Part shown: piece after piece, positions 24,901 through 37,263 of the stretch
How the letters are laid out: every line of letters begins with the position of its first letter
How positions within the stretch are numbered: position 1 is the first letter of the stretch
NCBI GenBank assembly: GCA_964035545.1
Contig: OZ037766.1
Location: forward strand, 14,064,722 to 14,128,721
DNA: 64,000 bases
Direction of reading: 5' to 3'
DNA from: Bugula neritina
Lineage: Eukaryota; Animalia; Bryozoa
Program-made: the position numbers and the translations under genes
The notes under the pieces: model-generated
What the model saw: only the letters and a program-made list of their open reading frames with translations
Told to the model about the DNA's origin: nothing
Database searches by the model: none

Positions 24901-27900
24901 TCTTACTCTGTTCTCAAAGTGTGAAAGTTTACTTCTTAGTGACCAACAGAGTTGAGATGCATTTCCCACCAGAGAGGATATCCTAGTAGATGTTTCACTT
25001 GTTGTATCAGTTATGAGAGAATTGCTTGGGTTACCCTTTTCACAGATTCTTGTGTCCACCCCTGGCAGCAGACTACTTGGCTGGCATGAACTGTCATACT
25101 CACTGCTGTTGGTTGTTTCTAGATTATCCATCTTGAAATCGGTAAACGTTTTTATTTGTTCCGAACACGGCTTGTGGTTATTTTTTCTCCTCGTAGCTGC
25201 TGTGCTCTTAGTTGAGCTTTGTAAATTTTTCCTCACTTGTGTTTTCTCCTGGAAGCAAATTGGGGTCCAGAGTCTACTCGTTGGAGCTGTTGCAAGAGAG
25301 TGGAAGGACTCAGCATGGGACAATTTTCTGTATTTTGGAGAGTGATTTCTTGTACTTCCATGGCGAGAGAAATAAGTGCTACCAAATCTTGGCAATGAGC
25401 TGGAAGATCTACTGATTCGATCTGAATCAGATGCGGATGGACTCCCAAACTGCCGACATTTTTTAGTCACCAGCTCTTTTTGTAAACTGCCTATGTGCTG
25501 GCCATGATTTGATATTCTAAGGATGTAACCTTTAAGTGGCTGTAGATCTTCCTTTATATAATCAATGAGTCGTCGAAGGTGAACGGGGGATAACTTCAGA
25601 TTTATTGCGCTCTCCATCTCACCTAGCCTTTGGTTTATCTCATCTAAAATACTGCCTACATGATTGATCACTGATTTCTGGAGATTTAGCCTGTGTTCCA
25701 CAGCATCTTTACTTACTTCTTCATACGAGCACTGGTATGTATGCCGGGTGTCAGATATGTTTACCATTGGGCGCCCAACTGAATGCATGACTTGCTCAAA
25801 GATTGCGCAGGCAGTAGTTGTGCCTGGTTTTACAGCCTCTGTTCACTCTATTATGTCATGAGTTTTGAATCTGGTTTTCTTGTTAGAGCTTAGATACAAA
25901 GGTTTCTGGTCCTCTAGTTTTCTAATAATCATATTTCCTTTTAGCTCCATTGTAGCTCGTCACGTTGTCCTTTGTTGCCTTTGTTGCGTACATTACCAGC
26001 ATAGTATCTATGAAATATTTAGTGATTGTGAATTTTGTCAATAAACTTGTACTCTGTGCTCATGGGATTTCTTACTGTCTTTGCTTGTTTTCTGGTTATA
26101 TTTTGGCTAAGGGAACAGCTTGATTTAGACACTGGATCCGAGGAGACTGTCTCTAGGGGTACAAGTCCCCAGTCTATGCCATCATCATGTAGCCCTATAG
26201 ATCAGCCGCCCAGAATATAGTCTTATGGTTGTCCAAATTTTATGATTAGTTTTTTTTCTGGGCTCTAAAAATGGCTAAGCAACACAAATTAAGGAAAAAG
26301 TCCACTCGGTAGGGACAATAACATTATGTAAACCTTACATTGTTCTTATTAGGCATTGTATGTAGACCATAGCTTTGTTGAGTTCTTCAGATTATGTTTT
26401 TTTGAACCTTCACAGACAAGAATCTCTCTCCACCCCTCTTTCCAGTCCTGCCACCACCTATTAGTATATTCATAGTACTTTCCTAGTATTTGGTTGATTT
26501 GTTTCTTGCAGAATTTCCAACACATATTTTCTTGTTTAAAGTTTGGTGATGTTTTAGTACTGTTATTGAGGCGGAGTCTGACGACATGAATGTCTCGACC
26601 ATGTCTGCTCCACAGCTACTTGGAGCTGGTAAGAATAACAGAACACCATTGGTTAATGTCACTCAAGTGTCCTTGGATGGCGAAGACCACTCAGTACAAA
26701 TGAGAGCTAAAAGGACACCCAGCAATCCTAGTAATAAAGATGTACTTGATCTGACAACTCCAAAGTCTCTTGCTACCAGGTGAGCCAGGAAGTTTAACTT
26801 TTAAATTGGTTAGCATGTTTTAGTTTGTGAGGCATAAAAAGTAATACTAACTAATTAGATTAATTGTAAGTAAGTAAGTAAGTAAGTAAGTAGGCTACCA
26901 GGTATTGCAATCTGAATATTACTTGCCTGGAGCTACTGGTGACTTGGCTACTTGAATATCTACCTTCATAATAAATTTTGTTGCATTTTGACATCAGGCT
27001 ATTCTCTAATATTTTTTGCTAAGTCAGCTTAAGATTTACTCGCACTGTACTTACTGTATTTTAAAGTTACTCGCTCTGTACTTACTGTATTTTAAAGTTA
27101 CTTACATTGTACTTACTATATTTTGAGGTAACTTACATTGTACTTACTATTATTTTGCCACTTTTGAAGTCATATGAGAAGTGCCTCAGTGAGGCTCCGT
27201 GGAACCAAAGCTCAGTCATTGTAAGTCTACTTGTGGGTTTCTGTGTTGGGCTTGTGTAATTCCTGCACTCCTCTAAGTGTGACAATTTCTACTAAATTCA
27301 CAAAACCCGTCCTGCACTGTGACTAAATTATGCCCAATTGGTTAAATTTGCCTGCTCTGTGAAGTTATAGATATGCTTTTCATGTTTAAATTTGATATAG
27401 TTATTAGGCTGTAACATGCTATGATTCCAGAACAAGATTTATATGTAAACTTCATAAAACAAGACTGTTATCATCAATTAAAAGTAGCGTTTAGAGAGAC
27501 AAATTGGCTGCAGCGTTAATAAATGGATTAGTGATGACTACATTGTGTGATGCCATCCAGATATTGCTTTCTCCCCCCTAGACTCTATCTGTTTAAATAT
27601 AGTTTAGTTGACACAGAGGTTGTGTTGAAGCTGTCTTCTTATGTGCTGACTTTGTTTGCACTACAAGAGTTCTTTACCAGTTTCAAGTGAAACCAACTAA
27701 ATAGATTTATCTTCTCTGTGTCATCATTTTTTGGCAAATTTATGAGTCTTTGCATGACAAGTTCTATCAGAAATAATTGAGTTGAAAATAATTGAAATAC
27801 ATTTCAATTCTTGTCAGTGCAATTAAATAAACGAATATGTAAAATATTTTTAAAATATGTAAATGTTAATTTTTTTGTTGGTACTACTAAAAGCTGCAAT

Positions 27901-30900
27901 GGGCACATACTGCAGAGAACTCTTGTATGGTAAACAGAACAGTACTTAGCCTTTGTTTTCTGCTATGTAGAGTAATAGATCTTATCAGCTTTACTAACTA
28001 ACCTCTACTATACTGATTGTTGGAGTAGTCTAAGGTTGCAGGGTGATTATTGCTTAACAGGTACCTTTGCTACTGCATTGGCACTTATACCTCACTGATA
28101 GTGCTGCCTTAGCAATCTGATTTATGACTAAACCTGTGCTGATTGTTGCCATGCTTATTGTGTGGCAGCATTTTTCTTATTGGCAGCAAAAGTTGATCCA
28201 GTAACTGGTTAATAAATGACACTTTTGTTATAAATAATAAGTTTTATTAATACTTATATGAATGTGTTAATTAAATTTTGTGTTGTATATGCACTCACAT
28301 CATATCTTTTAGTGATTATTTGAAGATGTGTAACCTGAAATCTTTTAGACTGGCATCACTGCAGACAAACGGGGAGGAAGGGTGGAAGCGCCGAATTGGA
28401 GAGAAGGACCATGGTAGTTTCAGAGCTGGTAGTATCCATGAAAGGCTGAGTAAAATGGAAAGCAACTCTAAAAGTTGGCAGAAAAATAAAGGACAAGAAA
28501 ATGATGCAAAACAGTTTACTGTGGAAGGCAAAATGGCGAGTGAGTGCTGTTAGGATATAGTGGGCTTTGTTATTAGTATATTCATCACTTTCTAGACTAC
28601 TGCATTGTAAACCCCAAGTTCTCAAACTATGGTATAAATGCACTGCTTTTGAAACAACTGAGAATTTGTTGTCTCCCTTGTTCAATTGGATTTGTAATGT
28701 ATTATATATTTCTGAGTTACAAAATTCAAAATGATAGGTTATAGATTTCGCATAGTATAGAAAGATAAATTAAATGCAGTAGTATATTGTGATATTACTA
28801 CATTACTTTAGAACATAGAGACTACCATTTAAATAATGTTTTAGAAAAGGGAGATATTGCAGTAAGTCCTAGCCCTTTGATGCCAAGAAAAGAGAAAATT
28901 GTGGGAGCTGCAAAGCGAGCAGGATCTTTCAGGTTGAAGAGAGGTGTGTTGGTTTATTTGCTGTCTAAAGCAGAAAGAAAATTAAAAATATCCACAATAT
29001 CACTTCAACTTCTCTTAAAAATCCATTTATTTCACACTTAATTTTCAACGCTGCTTTTTTTGTTGCTCAGTAATTACTCCTATCTTTCTATTATTTTATA
29101 TTTAACCTTAGATGTGTTACCACGCTCATTTAGCTCTAGTGGATTGTTGTGAATAGGTTGCAAACTAGCTTACACATACCTATTATAGTTTTATTTAGAG
29201 CTAATTACAGTTTCATTCTATGTACATGTATTAATCTATAAAAATATTTCAGTCATTCATCAGATTGTGAGTTGTGTTCTCATGTTATTCAGTTATTTAG
29301 TAACCACCCTACATGGCTATGGTTATTGATTAAACTAATCTCTCATTTTATGTGACAGTTTCTTTAGGCTGTGTTCCAGGTAATAGCTGTTCTTATGTAA
29401 CACCTGCTAATATCAGCGTGCAGCTCATTTCACTGGTACATATACATTACATAAACAACTCTTTTGCAATTTTTAATGCAAACTTAAGTAGAATTTGGTA
29501 TACAATGCAGTTTTAGTTTTCAAGGAAATGGAATTTTCGAAATGTCTATTATCTTTACACAATCAAGTAGCTGCATGCTTGCTAGCAGGTGTTACATTCA
29601 GATTCTAATAAACATTAACGTTGGGTCAAGGTGTACATCTATCCACATACATGTTTCTCAATGCATTTAATAACCTCTTACCACAATATTTGGAGTTATC
29701 TGCACTGAATATTCATTAGATAATGTAAAATATTTGTGATTTGTGATGCTGCTAGTATATTTTAGTAGTAATAAATATTTCTAGTTAACAAGGAGTATAA
29801 TATGAATACTTGAGTGTAATAGTGAGTTGTCCTGAGGTATCATGACTTAAACTGGTGAATTATGAACCCGTGTTCTAATATGAATACGGCGACACTTCTA
29901 ACATCAATGCTAACTGCTGAAAATTATTACTCGTATTATTGCTTAGATTTCTAGTTACCTTTTTCAAAATTTATATAAACAACTTTCCAAATTTACTATA
30001 TTACTATCTTTCTAGTCAGCGATTTGCATGTGCCACACCTATCACTGTCCTCTAATCCCACAGTGCAAAAATCTTTAACCAGCAAATGCTTTGTCATTTA
30101 AATACTGGAGTTGAGTTTTGCACAGTTCAGCATTAAGCAGCAACTATAGTAGCAACATTTCGGTGCTGGATCCTTAAAATTATTGTGTGTACCAAAAAGA
30201 TGTAAATGTGCCACCAATGGCGTGCATGTGCAAACTTTCTGTGTATTTATAAACATATTTTATAGTTATCATTTTTATCATTGTATTATATAGCAATGTA
30301 TTTCATATTGCATATCATTAGGGTGTTGAACATTTGTGTCTCTTTTCTATGAATTACTTACAAATATTGGGTTTACGTTTACACTATATTTACCTGTAGT
30401 TTACTTATGATTTATGTAACTCTAGTATTAGTTATTGACAATACTGATAACTCAAATCAGTGTTTGCTTTAGATGTGTTAAATTTTTCATTACTATTTTA
30501 TTATCTGTATTTCAGAGGATAGCAAAGTTCTAACTAAGCCTGCCCGACCACTCTCCGTGCAAGTTCCGAGCAATGCAGATGTGAGAGCAGCTTCGCAGCA
30601 AACAGTTTCGTCAACCGTAGTCAAGGTTCCTGAGATGGATGATGCCGCAGAATTCTTTGCCTCTACGTCCCTTCAGGAGAATATTGAATTGACTTCTGAA
30701 GATTTCGATGATATATTCATGCAGTCGGCCAACCTGTAAGTGTTTAACATTTGTCTGCTTCTAATGTTTAAAATCTAATTATTTTTGCTTGTCAGCATAC
30801 AAAAACAAAGTGTTTTTCGGATTAAAAAAATTGAGGTTTCGACTTTTTATTTCATAGACTGCCCATGGCTTCAAAAATTAAGCCAAAGCGAAAGTTGGCA

Positions 30901-33900
30901 TCAAAATCTACCAATCCATACAGAGCCCTGCAGATGAGACAAGACATCAAGTCTGAGTACACAGAGACTAAGACCAATATTGCTGAGCAGGAGATTAAAC
31001 GGCTCAACAAGAATAAAGGTTTGTGCTAATAATATTACAATATAATACATATACTTAGTGTAGCCATCCTATTTCAAATATTTAATTTATTTTATAGTAT
31101 TTAATAGTCTTACAACAAAATGCATATAATACTTAGTATAAAATAGCTATTAGATTTCTAAGTAGTTTCTTGGAACTAGGATCCTACTCTCAGTGTGGTG
31201 TATTAGCCACTGTCTCCAACTGTACAGTCTTTCACTGTGTAACTATTATGTTTATTCAGTGAAAGAGCAAGCTACTCGCTCAGCCCTTGCTGGACTGGCT
31301 ATCAAGGAAGATATAAACAAAGTTTCTCTGAAAAAGGCTAATCATTCAGAAGTGAAGAACCCGGGTGGCATGTCAGCCGCCCCGTACAAAGACCTCATGT
31401 TAATTCAGATCAAGGGTAGGCGTCACGTGGAAATGAGGCTAGTGAATCCATCACCCAAGTCTGTCAACAGTGGAGATTGTTTTCTCCTTGTAACTAAGAA
31501 TAAAATATTTCAATGGATGGGAGAATTTGCCAATCTCATGGAGAGGTAAGTGAAAAACAACTAAAGTTAGGACTCTTGAACTTCAGCTAGAGGTCAAGAG
31601 TTGTGTTCTACTTGATACAAACACTAATTTTGCTTGTTAGTCAAATCGGTCATTGGTTGCTTGATAAGCCTAGTAACTTGAAGCCAAACAAAGATATTGT
31701 AGTGTTACTGGTTTCAAAGAATGAGGATGTTTTTTTAATGAAGTAGTGAATATAATGTAGGTCCAAGGCTGCTGATTTGACAAGCTACATATTAGCCAAG
31801 AAAGATATTGGCTGCACTCTGGCTAAATCTGTGGAAACTATCGAAGAAAATAAAAACCGCATGAGTCATAATGCAGCCGAATTCTGGAAGCTTCTTGGCG
31901 GAAATCGGTCTTACTCCCGTAAGTAGCTAGTAGTCTGGTTACTCTCATGTTGTTAGTTATAAAGATTGTTGAAAGTATTTCTGTTTGAAACATGTTGATG
32001 AAATAAAGGTAGAAGGTTGGGATATAAGTATTTACAAGATGGGCATGCATATATCCTTGTGTGTCGCTAGACTGTGGCCCTGCTGAAGAGGATGAGTTAT
32101 ATGAAGACTATATAGCCGAGACTAATGCCGTGTATGAGGTGATGGGCTCAGAACTGAACCCTATTGTGGAGTTCAGTGGTCAAGTGCCCAGATATGATAT
32201 GCTCAGCGATGACAAGGTATATCTACTTATAAAGCAGATGTGTTCTTACAACTGTCGCTTGACTAGTCAAAGTTGCTAATGTTTCACGTGTAGATGTATT
32301 TGAACCAGCTTGTAGCCGAGTCACGCTATTTCTATACATGCACTGTCACAGGTGCTGATATTTGACTTTGGAACTGAAGTCTATGCCTGGTGCGGCAAAT
32401 TGGCGAGTATGGAGCTGAGAAGGACGGGTCTCAAATTGGCTAGAGTGCTGTTTCAGGCGGGATACGACTACACCGATTACGATATTAACCCAATGTCACC
32501 GCTCACTCGTAAGTCGAGTTTTCTGATTTCATCCTATGTGTGCTTATAATTGTGTGGTTCTCGTGAACTGCTTATTTCCTGTTTTGTAGTTCCAGAAGCA
32601 GGTGGTCTACCGAAGAAAGCTGACAAACGACCTGATTGGGCAATTTGTGGTAAAGTCACCGCAAATATGGAAACTTTGCTGTTTAAAGAGAAATTTTTTG
32701 ATTGGCCAGAAGCCTCTAGACTGATTCAAGTAAGAATCTGGTTAAATACTGACGCAGAAGCTACATATATCGTATGTAAGAAATGTCTGGCATTGTGAAT
32801 TTATTTAAGAAATTGTTAATAAAGGCCACAGTTTTTACTTCCTTGAGAAAGTATATAGATTACTAGTTACAATCAATTCTCTAAGGGGTCTTGTACTTTC
32901 ACTGCTCTGTTGTAACCTAATATTGATGAAGTATATGAATTCTCTTCCATTCAAAGGTGAAAGAGGTACAGAATACAGGGTCATCATCGCCAGTGGAAGA
33001 GCTTAAAGCATTTGATGTAGATAAAATGGTGGTGAGATCAACTGACCCCGTCACTCTGGTGCTGGAGAATAGTAACGTTGGGAGAGGAGACCAGTGGTGG
33101 GTATCTAAATCATAGTACACTGTGTACTCTATACATAGTACACTGTGTACTCCATACATAGTACACTGTCTACTATGTACATATCTTACTGCAACTTATC
33201 ATCAGTTCGGAGTGCAGCACCAACTTGAAAGTTTCTTCCAATAGGGTGGAGGATGATGATGGTTTGAAGCGTCAGTATGCAATAGAGACACTGGGAGTTC
33301 GCATGTGGCACGTTTCTGCTACAGATTACTACTTGCTGACTGAAGACAGCCACGGACAGCTGTATGACGGCGATACTTACGTAGTGAGGTGGCAGTATCA
33401 GATTAAACAAAGTGGTACGTTATACACAACAGCCGCTACTTTCTTTCTCTTTAGCTTAGTTGGTGCCTTGGTCAAAATAATTTTAGAACATACTTTTTAA
33501 GTAGAAGTACTACATATATATGTAAAGCACACAGCTTAAATAGCCACTGTTTTTAACCTGGTGGGTTATTAATTCTTTTACTTGTTAATAGTGTTAACTC
33601 AAGCCTGTGGAAGTTATAATTGTAGGCGATTTTAAATATTTCCACTTGATTGAGTTACAGCTTTTGCCAGATGTATATTATAATATAAGTATGTATAATT
33701 TTGTGTTGTGCTGTACAGCTGAATATGGTAATATATCATTTCAAAGTACATGGCCCACGTTTGACTCTCTTCTCTGCCCACTTCCCTTTACCCCAACTCC
33801 CCAGCTGCGTGGCTAATTATTTAGAGAGTTAATAATGGTGAAAGCCTGCTCCCTATATTTTAATGAAGTTTTGATTTGTTTTCCACCATTGTTTTATTAC

Positions 33901-36900
33901 TGTCATGCATATCAAGTCATGAGCCTTTTGTGCTAGTGAAGGAAGTCAACACAATTAATTCCATTGCAAAAAGTTCTCATAAGTTCTCGTAACCAAGTAA
34001 TCACGTACCTATTATTCCTCAGTGTATGTATTGCAGGTGTGAGAAGCCTGAAAGGCAATGCTAGTAAGCGCCAGACACAGATGGGACGGGAACGGTGTGC
34101 TTACTTCTTCTGGCAGGGTGCTCAGTCTACAATAAATGACAAGGGGGCGTCAGCATTGATGACCGTAGAGTTGGATGAGGAGAATGGGCCACAAGTTAGT
34201 ACTCACTGTAACCTCTCGGCTCCACCATCTTGAAATTTCACATTTTTATGTGACTCTTGTAGTTACTTATTTGTTGCTAAACAACATACTTCAGCTTAGC
34301 ATAAGAGAGAAAAAATATAGCACTTGAAAATTTTCTGTAGCCAGAAGTATTTTCTGCATCTTGTCTCAGAGTTAATTTGATATAAATAGAAGGTCATGTG
34401 AAGATTATGGTAAACAGCCAACCACTTGTGTTGGCTGTCAGTACTTAGTTTGACAAATTACAAACATGTGGTTACACAGCATTGTGGAATCTATCTAGCA
34501 GATTAACCATGTGTCTAATATGTTTGCCTGTTATTTGCTGTGAAACATGTTATTCCCTGTTTTTCTGATGGTATTTCAAACTTTTTCTAAATTGTAAAAA
34601 AGCTGTCAGTACTGCAGTCTAGTGCTAAGTTCCGCTTTGTTCAAACTCTGTGCAGTTACCATCTATAGTCATATGTACTCGGCCTTTCTCACATTCAGTG
34701 GGTGTTACATTGTCAGGTCAGAGTGGAGCAAGGCTTAGAACCAGCCTGTTTCCTGTCATTGTTTAATGGCCATATGATTACTCACCTCGGCAAACGAGAA
34801 AATGATGGACAGAAAGACACTCATAAGTTATACATTGTGCAGCATGAACACGAGAGAGAAGCTTCATTGCTAGAAGTAGCTGCTTGCGCTGATAATTTAA
34901 GAAGGTAGGCTATACATTTTGTTGTCTAGTCTCTAATATGTAGATTTCACAGTACAATGTGGGTTAGCTTCTCATAATTATGTTCGCGTTATTTATGTTT
35001 GTAGATTTCAAAGTTTGTTATATAATAAATGAGAGTTTCGTTATACAAGTTCTGTAATTATGTTGTAGCCGTGGAGTTTTCCTGTACATCAATACTCAAA
35101 CTGGATGTCTTTTCCTCTGGTATGGATCTCACGCTCCTCAAACTCTCAAATCAAATGGCAGTAAAATAGCCTCATGGATCTCAGAAACATGCCCACTAGA
35201 GGTTGGGCTTAACCATGATTCAACAGTAAAAGTGGTGAAGATTAATGAAGGATCTGAACCTGTAGAGTTCTTCAAAGGTCTTCGGTCAGAGGATAGGAAA
35301 AAATATGATAGTTTGCTCAAAGGTAAATGTCCCAAAATGAATAGTACTGCTATATATGCATAACACTTGCAACACCTGGTATTGTTGTATAGTAATATAA
35401 TAATCAATAAGGTCATGAGTGAAACATTTTTGAACTATTGTTAACTGTTAGCATTTAAGAGGTGTTTATTGACAAACTATATTAAATAGAGAATGTTGTA
35501 AATACTTTGTGCTTTAAAGGAGTGCCGTGGTTTGACATGTAACCATTGCAGCTAACAAGACTTCTCTTTAATCTGCTGGTTGAGATCTGGAAACATTCTG
35601 GCTTTTCTATTTTCTCAATCTAGTCCATTCCATCAAACTAATATAATGATTGTTATATGTTTCAGTACCTTGCTCCAAGCACGAGTACGTACCCAGAATG
35701 TTTCACATGTCCAGTGTAAATATGGTGTTCCAAGTGCAAGAAATGTTCTCTCTAGCCCGATATGAAGGTTACTCTGCCTTCCCCTTTCTCCAGGTTAGTA
35801 TCTTCTCCATCACCGGTTCAAATTGAATCTTTTCTTCATGTAACACATTTACCAACTGAGCTCTAAAGCCTGGCAAGTTTGTGCTCAGTAGTCCGTGAAA
35901 TAATCCTTTAACACATTCACTTGAGGTAACAATAATGTATGTTTCAGTGCCAACTGTACAAGCAACACCAGCCTGCAATAAATCTACTCGACTTTGGAGA
36001 AGATGTTTATTTGTGGCAAGGCTGGTGGCCTCGAGGCTCAGAGGAAATAGAAAATGTTAGTGCTGGATCCGCTAGATCTAGACACACGATTGATAGAAAG
36101 CTAGCCTTAGAGACAGCTATCAACTATTGTAAAGGTATTCTGTTAATTACTCCACATTCAGTATAGGTTTTTTATCAAGACTGCTTTACTTATGTATTTA
36201 TTGAAACATTGTTGTTTTTGTACTTCTTACACTTAAATTTTCTATTTAAAACTACTTTAAGGAATAAATATGCTGGTTTTTGTTTGACCTATATTCTATA
36301 AATACATTTCAACTACAAAACATTAGGATTTACATTTACATTCACTGATGAAGAATACAACATTCAGTTTTACTTTTCTGGGACTAATATCAATGTGTGG
36401 TATTCCAGCTCGAGAGGGGCCGACTCCAAACATGTACTGTGTGTATGGTGGAAAGGAGCCTCTGCAGTTCACCAACCGGTTTGCTTGTTGGGAGGCTGTG
36501 GAAGAGGCCTCGATAGCCAGCACTTTAGATAACAGACCGTCCGTCTTGGAAGATATGCAACTTTGCTTTCAGAGACTCTCTAAATCTGTGTATACTTTCG
36601 AAGAGTTGCAGCAGCGGCCCCTGCCAGACGGTGTTAATCCCAACAAACTAGAAACTTATCTATCCGACAAGGAGTTTTATGTAAGTTCGAAAAGCAACTT
36701 TAATAAAAATATGTGCAATACTCATATACATATAATGTAGTCTGATGGTACTGGCGTTGAAGTGGTGTAAATGCAGTAGTATGTGATGCTAGCAGTTCAA
36801 AATAACTTTATCTTTTCTACTTTCAACGAACTCGTTCATCTCTTTACAGGAAGTGCTGAAGATGACTCGTGAGGAGTTTTCTGCCCTTCCTGGCTGGAAA

Positions 36901-36936
36901 CAAACAAATCTCCGAAAAGAATCAAAACTATTTTAG
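929..36936 (+). CDS. SVIL: Supervillin (villin/gelsolin family; long disordered N-terminus, gelsolin repeats, villin headpiece); multi-exon, 5' end may lie upstream of the window
   Basis: Phase-consistent GT-AG exons: 929-1031, 1223-1440, 1938-2036, 2466-2685, 4630-4818, 5385-5510, 5680-6015, 7736-7921, 9871-9950, 11339-11397, 11629-11748, 12202-12330, 12480-12663, 12823-13001, 13256-13927, 14212-14362, 14552-14753, 15332-15475, 16730-16859, 18779-18988, 19348-19867, 22502-22676, 23925-23960, 26558-26779, 27170-27220, 28349-28539, 28845-28943, 30516-30735, 30858-31018, 31260-31545, 31761-31918, 32071-32216, 32352-32508, 32590-32729, 32957-33096, 33245-33414, 34037-34194, 34717-34904, 35069-35322, 35666-35793, 35948-36134, 36409-36680, 36850-36936. 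Supervillin-type motifs: [135 protein letters not shown]. Headpiece: [15 protein letters not shown]...[16 protein letters not shown]. Confidence 0.95.
6293..6503. mobile_element. Non-autonomous Tc1/mariner-pogo (Tigger-like) MITE, ~211 bp, in a supervillin intron
   Basis: Left end TA|CAGTGCTCCCTCCGTACCTCAC; right end GTGAGATACAGAGGGACCATTG|TA (reverse complement CAATGGTCCCTCTGTATCTCAC). TIR identity is 18/22 with TA on both flanks. The CAGTnnTCCCTC start is typical of pogo/Tigger TIRs. Confidence 0.75.
7078..7110. repeat. Short tandem duplication (GCTACTAGTATACATG x2)
   Basis: gctactagtatacatg a gctactagtatacatg. Confidence 0.75.
24715..25788 (-). CDS. Intronless nested antisense gene: coiled-coil, Ser-rich, C-terminal transmembrane (tail-anchored) protein, possibly KASH-like
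   Basis: 357-codon ORF in otherwise AT-rich, stop-rich intron sequence. Heptad-like helical N-terminal part ([17 protein letters not shown]...IGSLQKEL), hydrophobic segment [21 protein letters not shown], then a 37-aa tail. Minus-strand AATAAA at 24516-24521. An in-frame upstream ATG at 25950 is separated by one TGA. Confidence 0.75.
   Translation of the reverse strand: MHSVGRPMVNISDTRHTYQCSYEEVSKDAVEHRLNLQKSVINHVGSILDEINQRLGEMESAINLKLSPVHLRRLIDYIKEDLQPLKGYILRISNHGQHIGSLQKELVTKKCRQFGSPSASDSDRISRSSSSLPRFGSTYFSRHGSTRNHSPKYRKLSHAESFHSLATAPTSRLWTPICFQEKTQVRKNLQSSTKSTAATRRKNNHKPCSEQIKTFTDFKMDNLETTNSSEYDSSCQPSSLLPGVDTRICEKGNPSNSLITDTTSETSTRISSLVGNASQLCWSLRSKLSHFENRVRGECFVKLCSVVYVLLILLLINLSLQWWLRGWWGQWWRRICYRLGVVYKLYTGRENYNLPIM
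26866..26892. repeat. (GTAA)n microsatellite
   Basis: gtaagtaagtaagtaagtaagtaagta. Confidence 0.9.
27036..27152. repeat. 31-bp minisatellite x~4 (TTACTCGCACTGTACTTACTGTATTTTAAAG)
   Basis: Units start at 27036, 27067, 27098 and ~27129 and diverge progressively. Confidence 0.85.
31260..36936 (+). CDS. SVIL: Supervillin C-terminal gelsolin-repeat core and villin headpiece (sub-region)
   Basis: Gelsolin-type motifs ([67 protein letters not shown]) and headpiece ending at TAG 36934-36936. Confidence 0.97.
33111..33183. repeat. 23-bp tandem repeat x3 (CATAGTACACTGTGTACTCTATA) with an internal inverted repeat
   Basis: Three copies fill about half of a 148-nt intron; the unit contains AGTACAC-T-GTGTACT. 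Confidence 0.85.
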
Positions 36937-37257
36937 TAGTGACAGTTTACTCGTTGCATTTCCACAATACCCGTAATTGACTCGCCAAGTTTACAGTCGA
37001 GTGTTCTATTTTTTTATTCAGTCCTTTAATATTCTGTAGTATGCAAATTCTGTGTTATTTAACTCTAAATAATATGGTTATATGCACATTTCTTGTACTC
37101 AAGACTTAATTGTTTCAAACTTTTCTCAGATCTATGCTAACACAGTTTTTATTGGCGCCATTCTATGAGCATGCATACATTATTTGTGTATTTTAGTATT
37201 GAGTATTAGTAACTACTATAGCAGTGGAGATGTATTTATTAATTCTAGAGCATACAT

Positions 37258-37263
37258 AATAAA
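37258..37263 (+). terminator. Candidate supervillin polyadenylation signal AATAAA
   Basis: Canonical hexamer ~320 nt after the stop codon. Confidence 0.4.

Noticed and set aside
25013-25448. Overlapping short ORFs on both strands within the nested gene
   Set aside because: Shadow ORFs of the 357-aa minus-strand frame; no compatible splice sites into supervillin.
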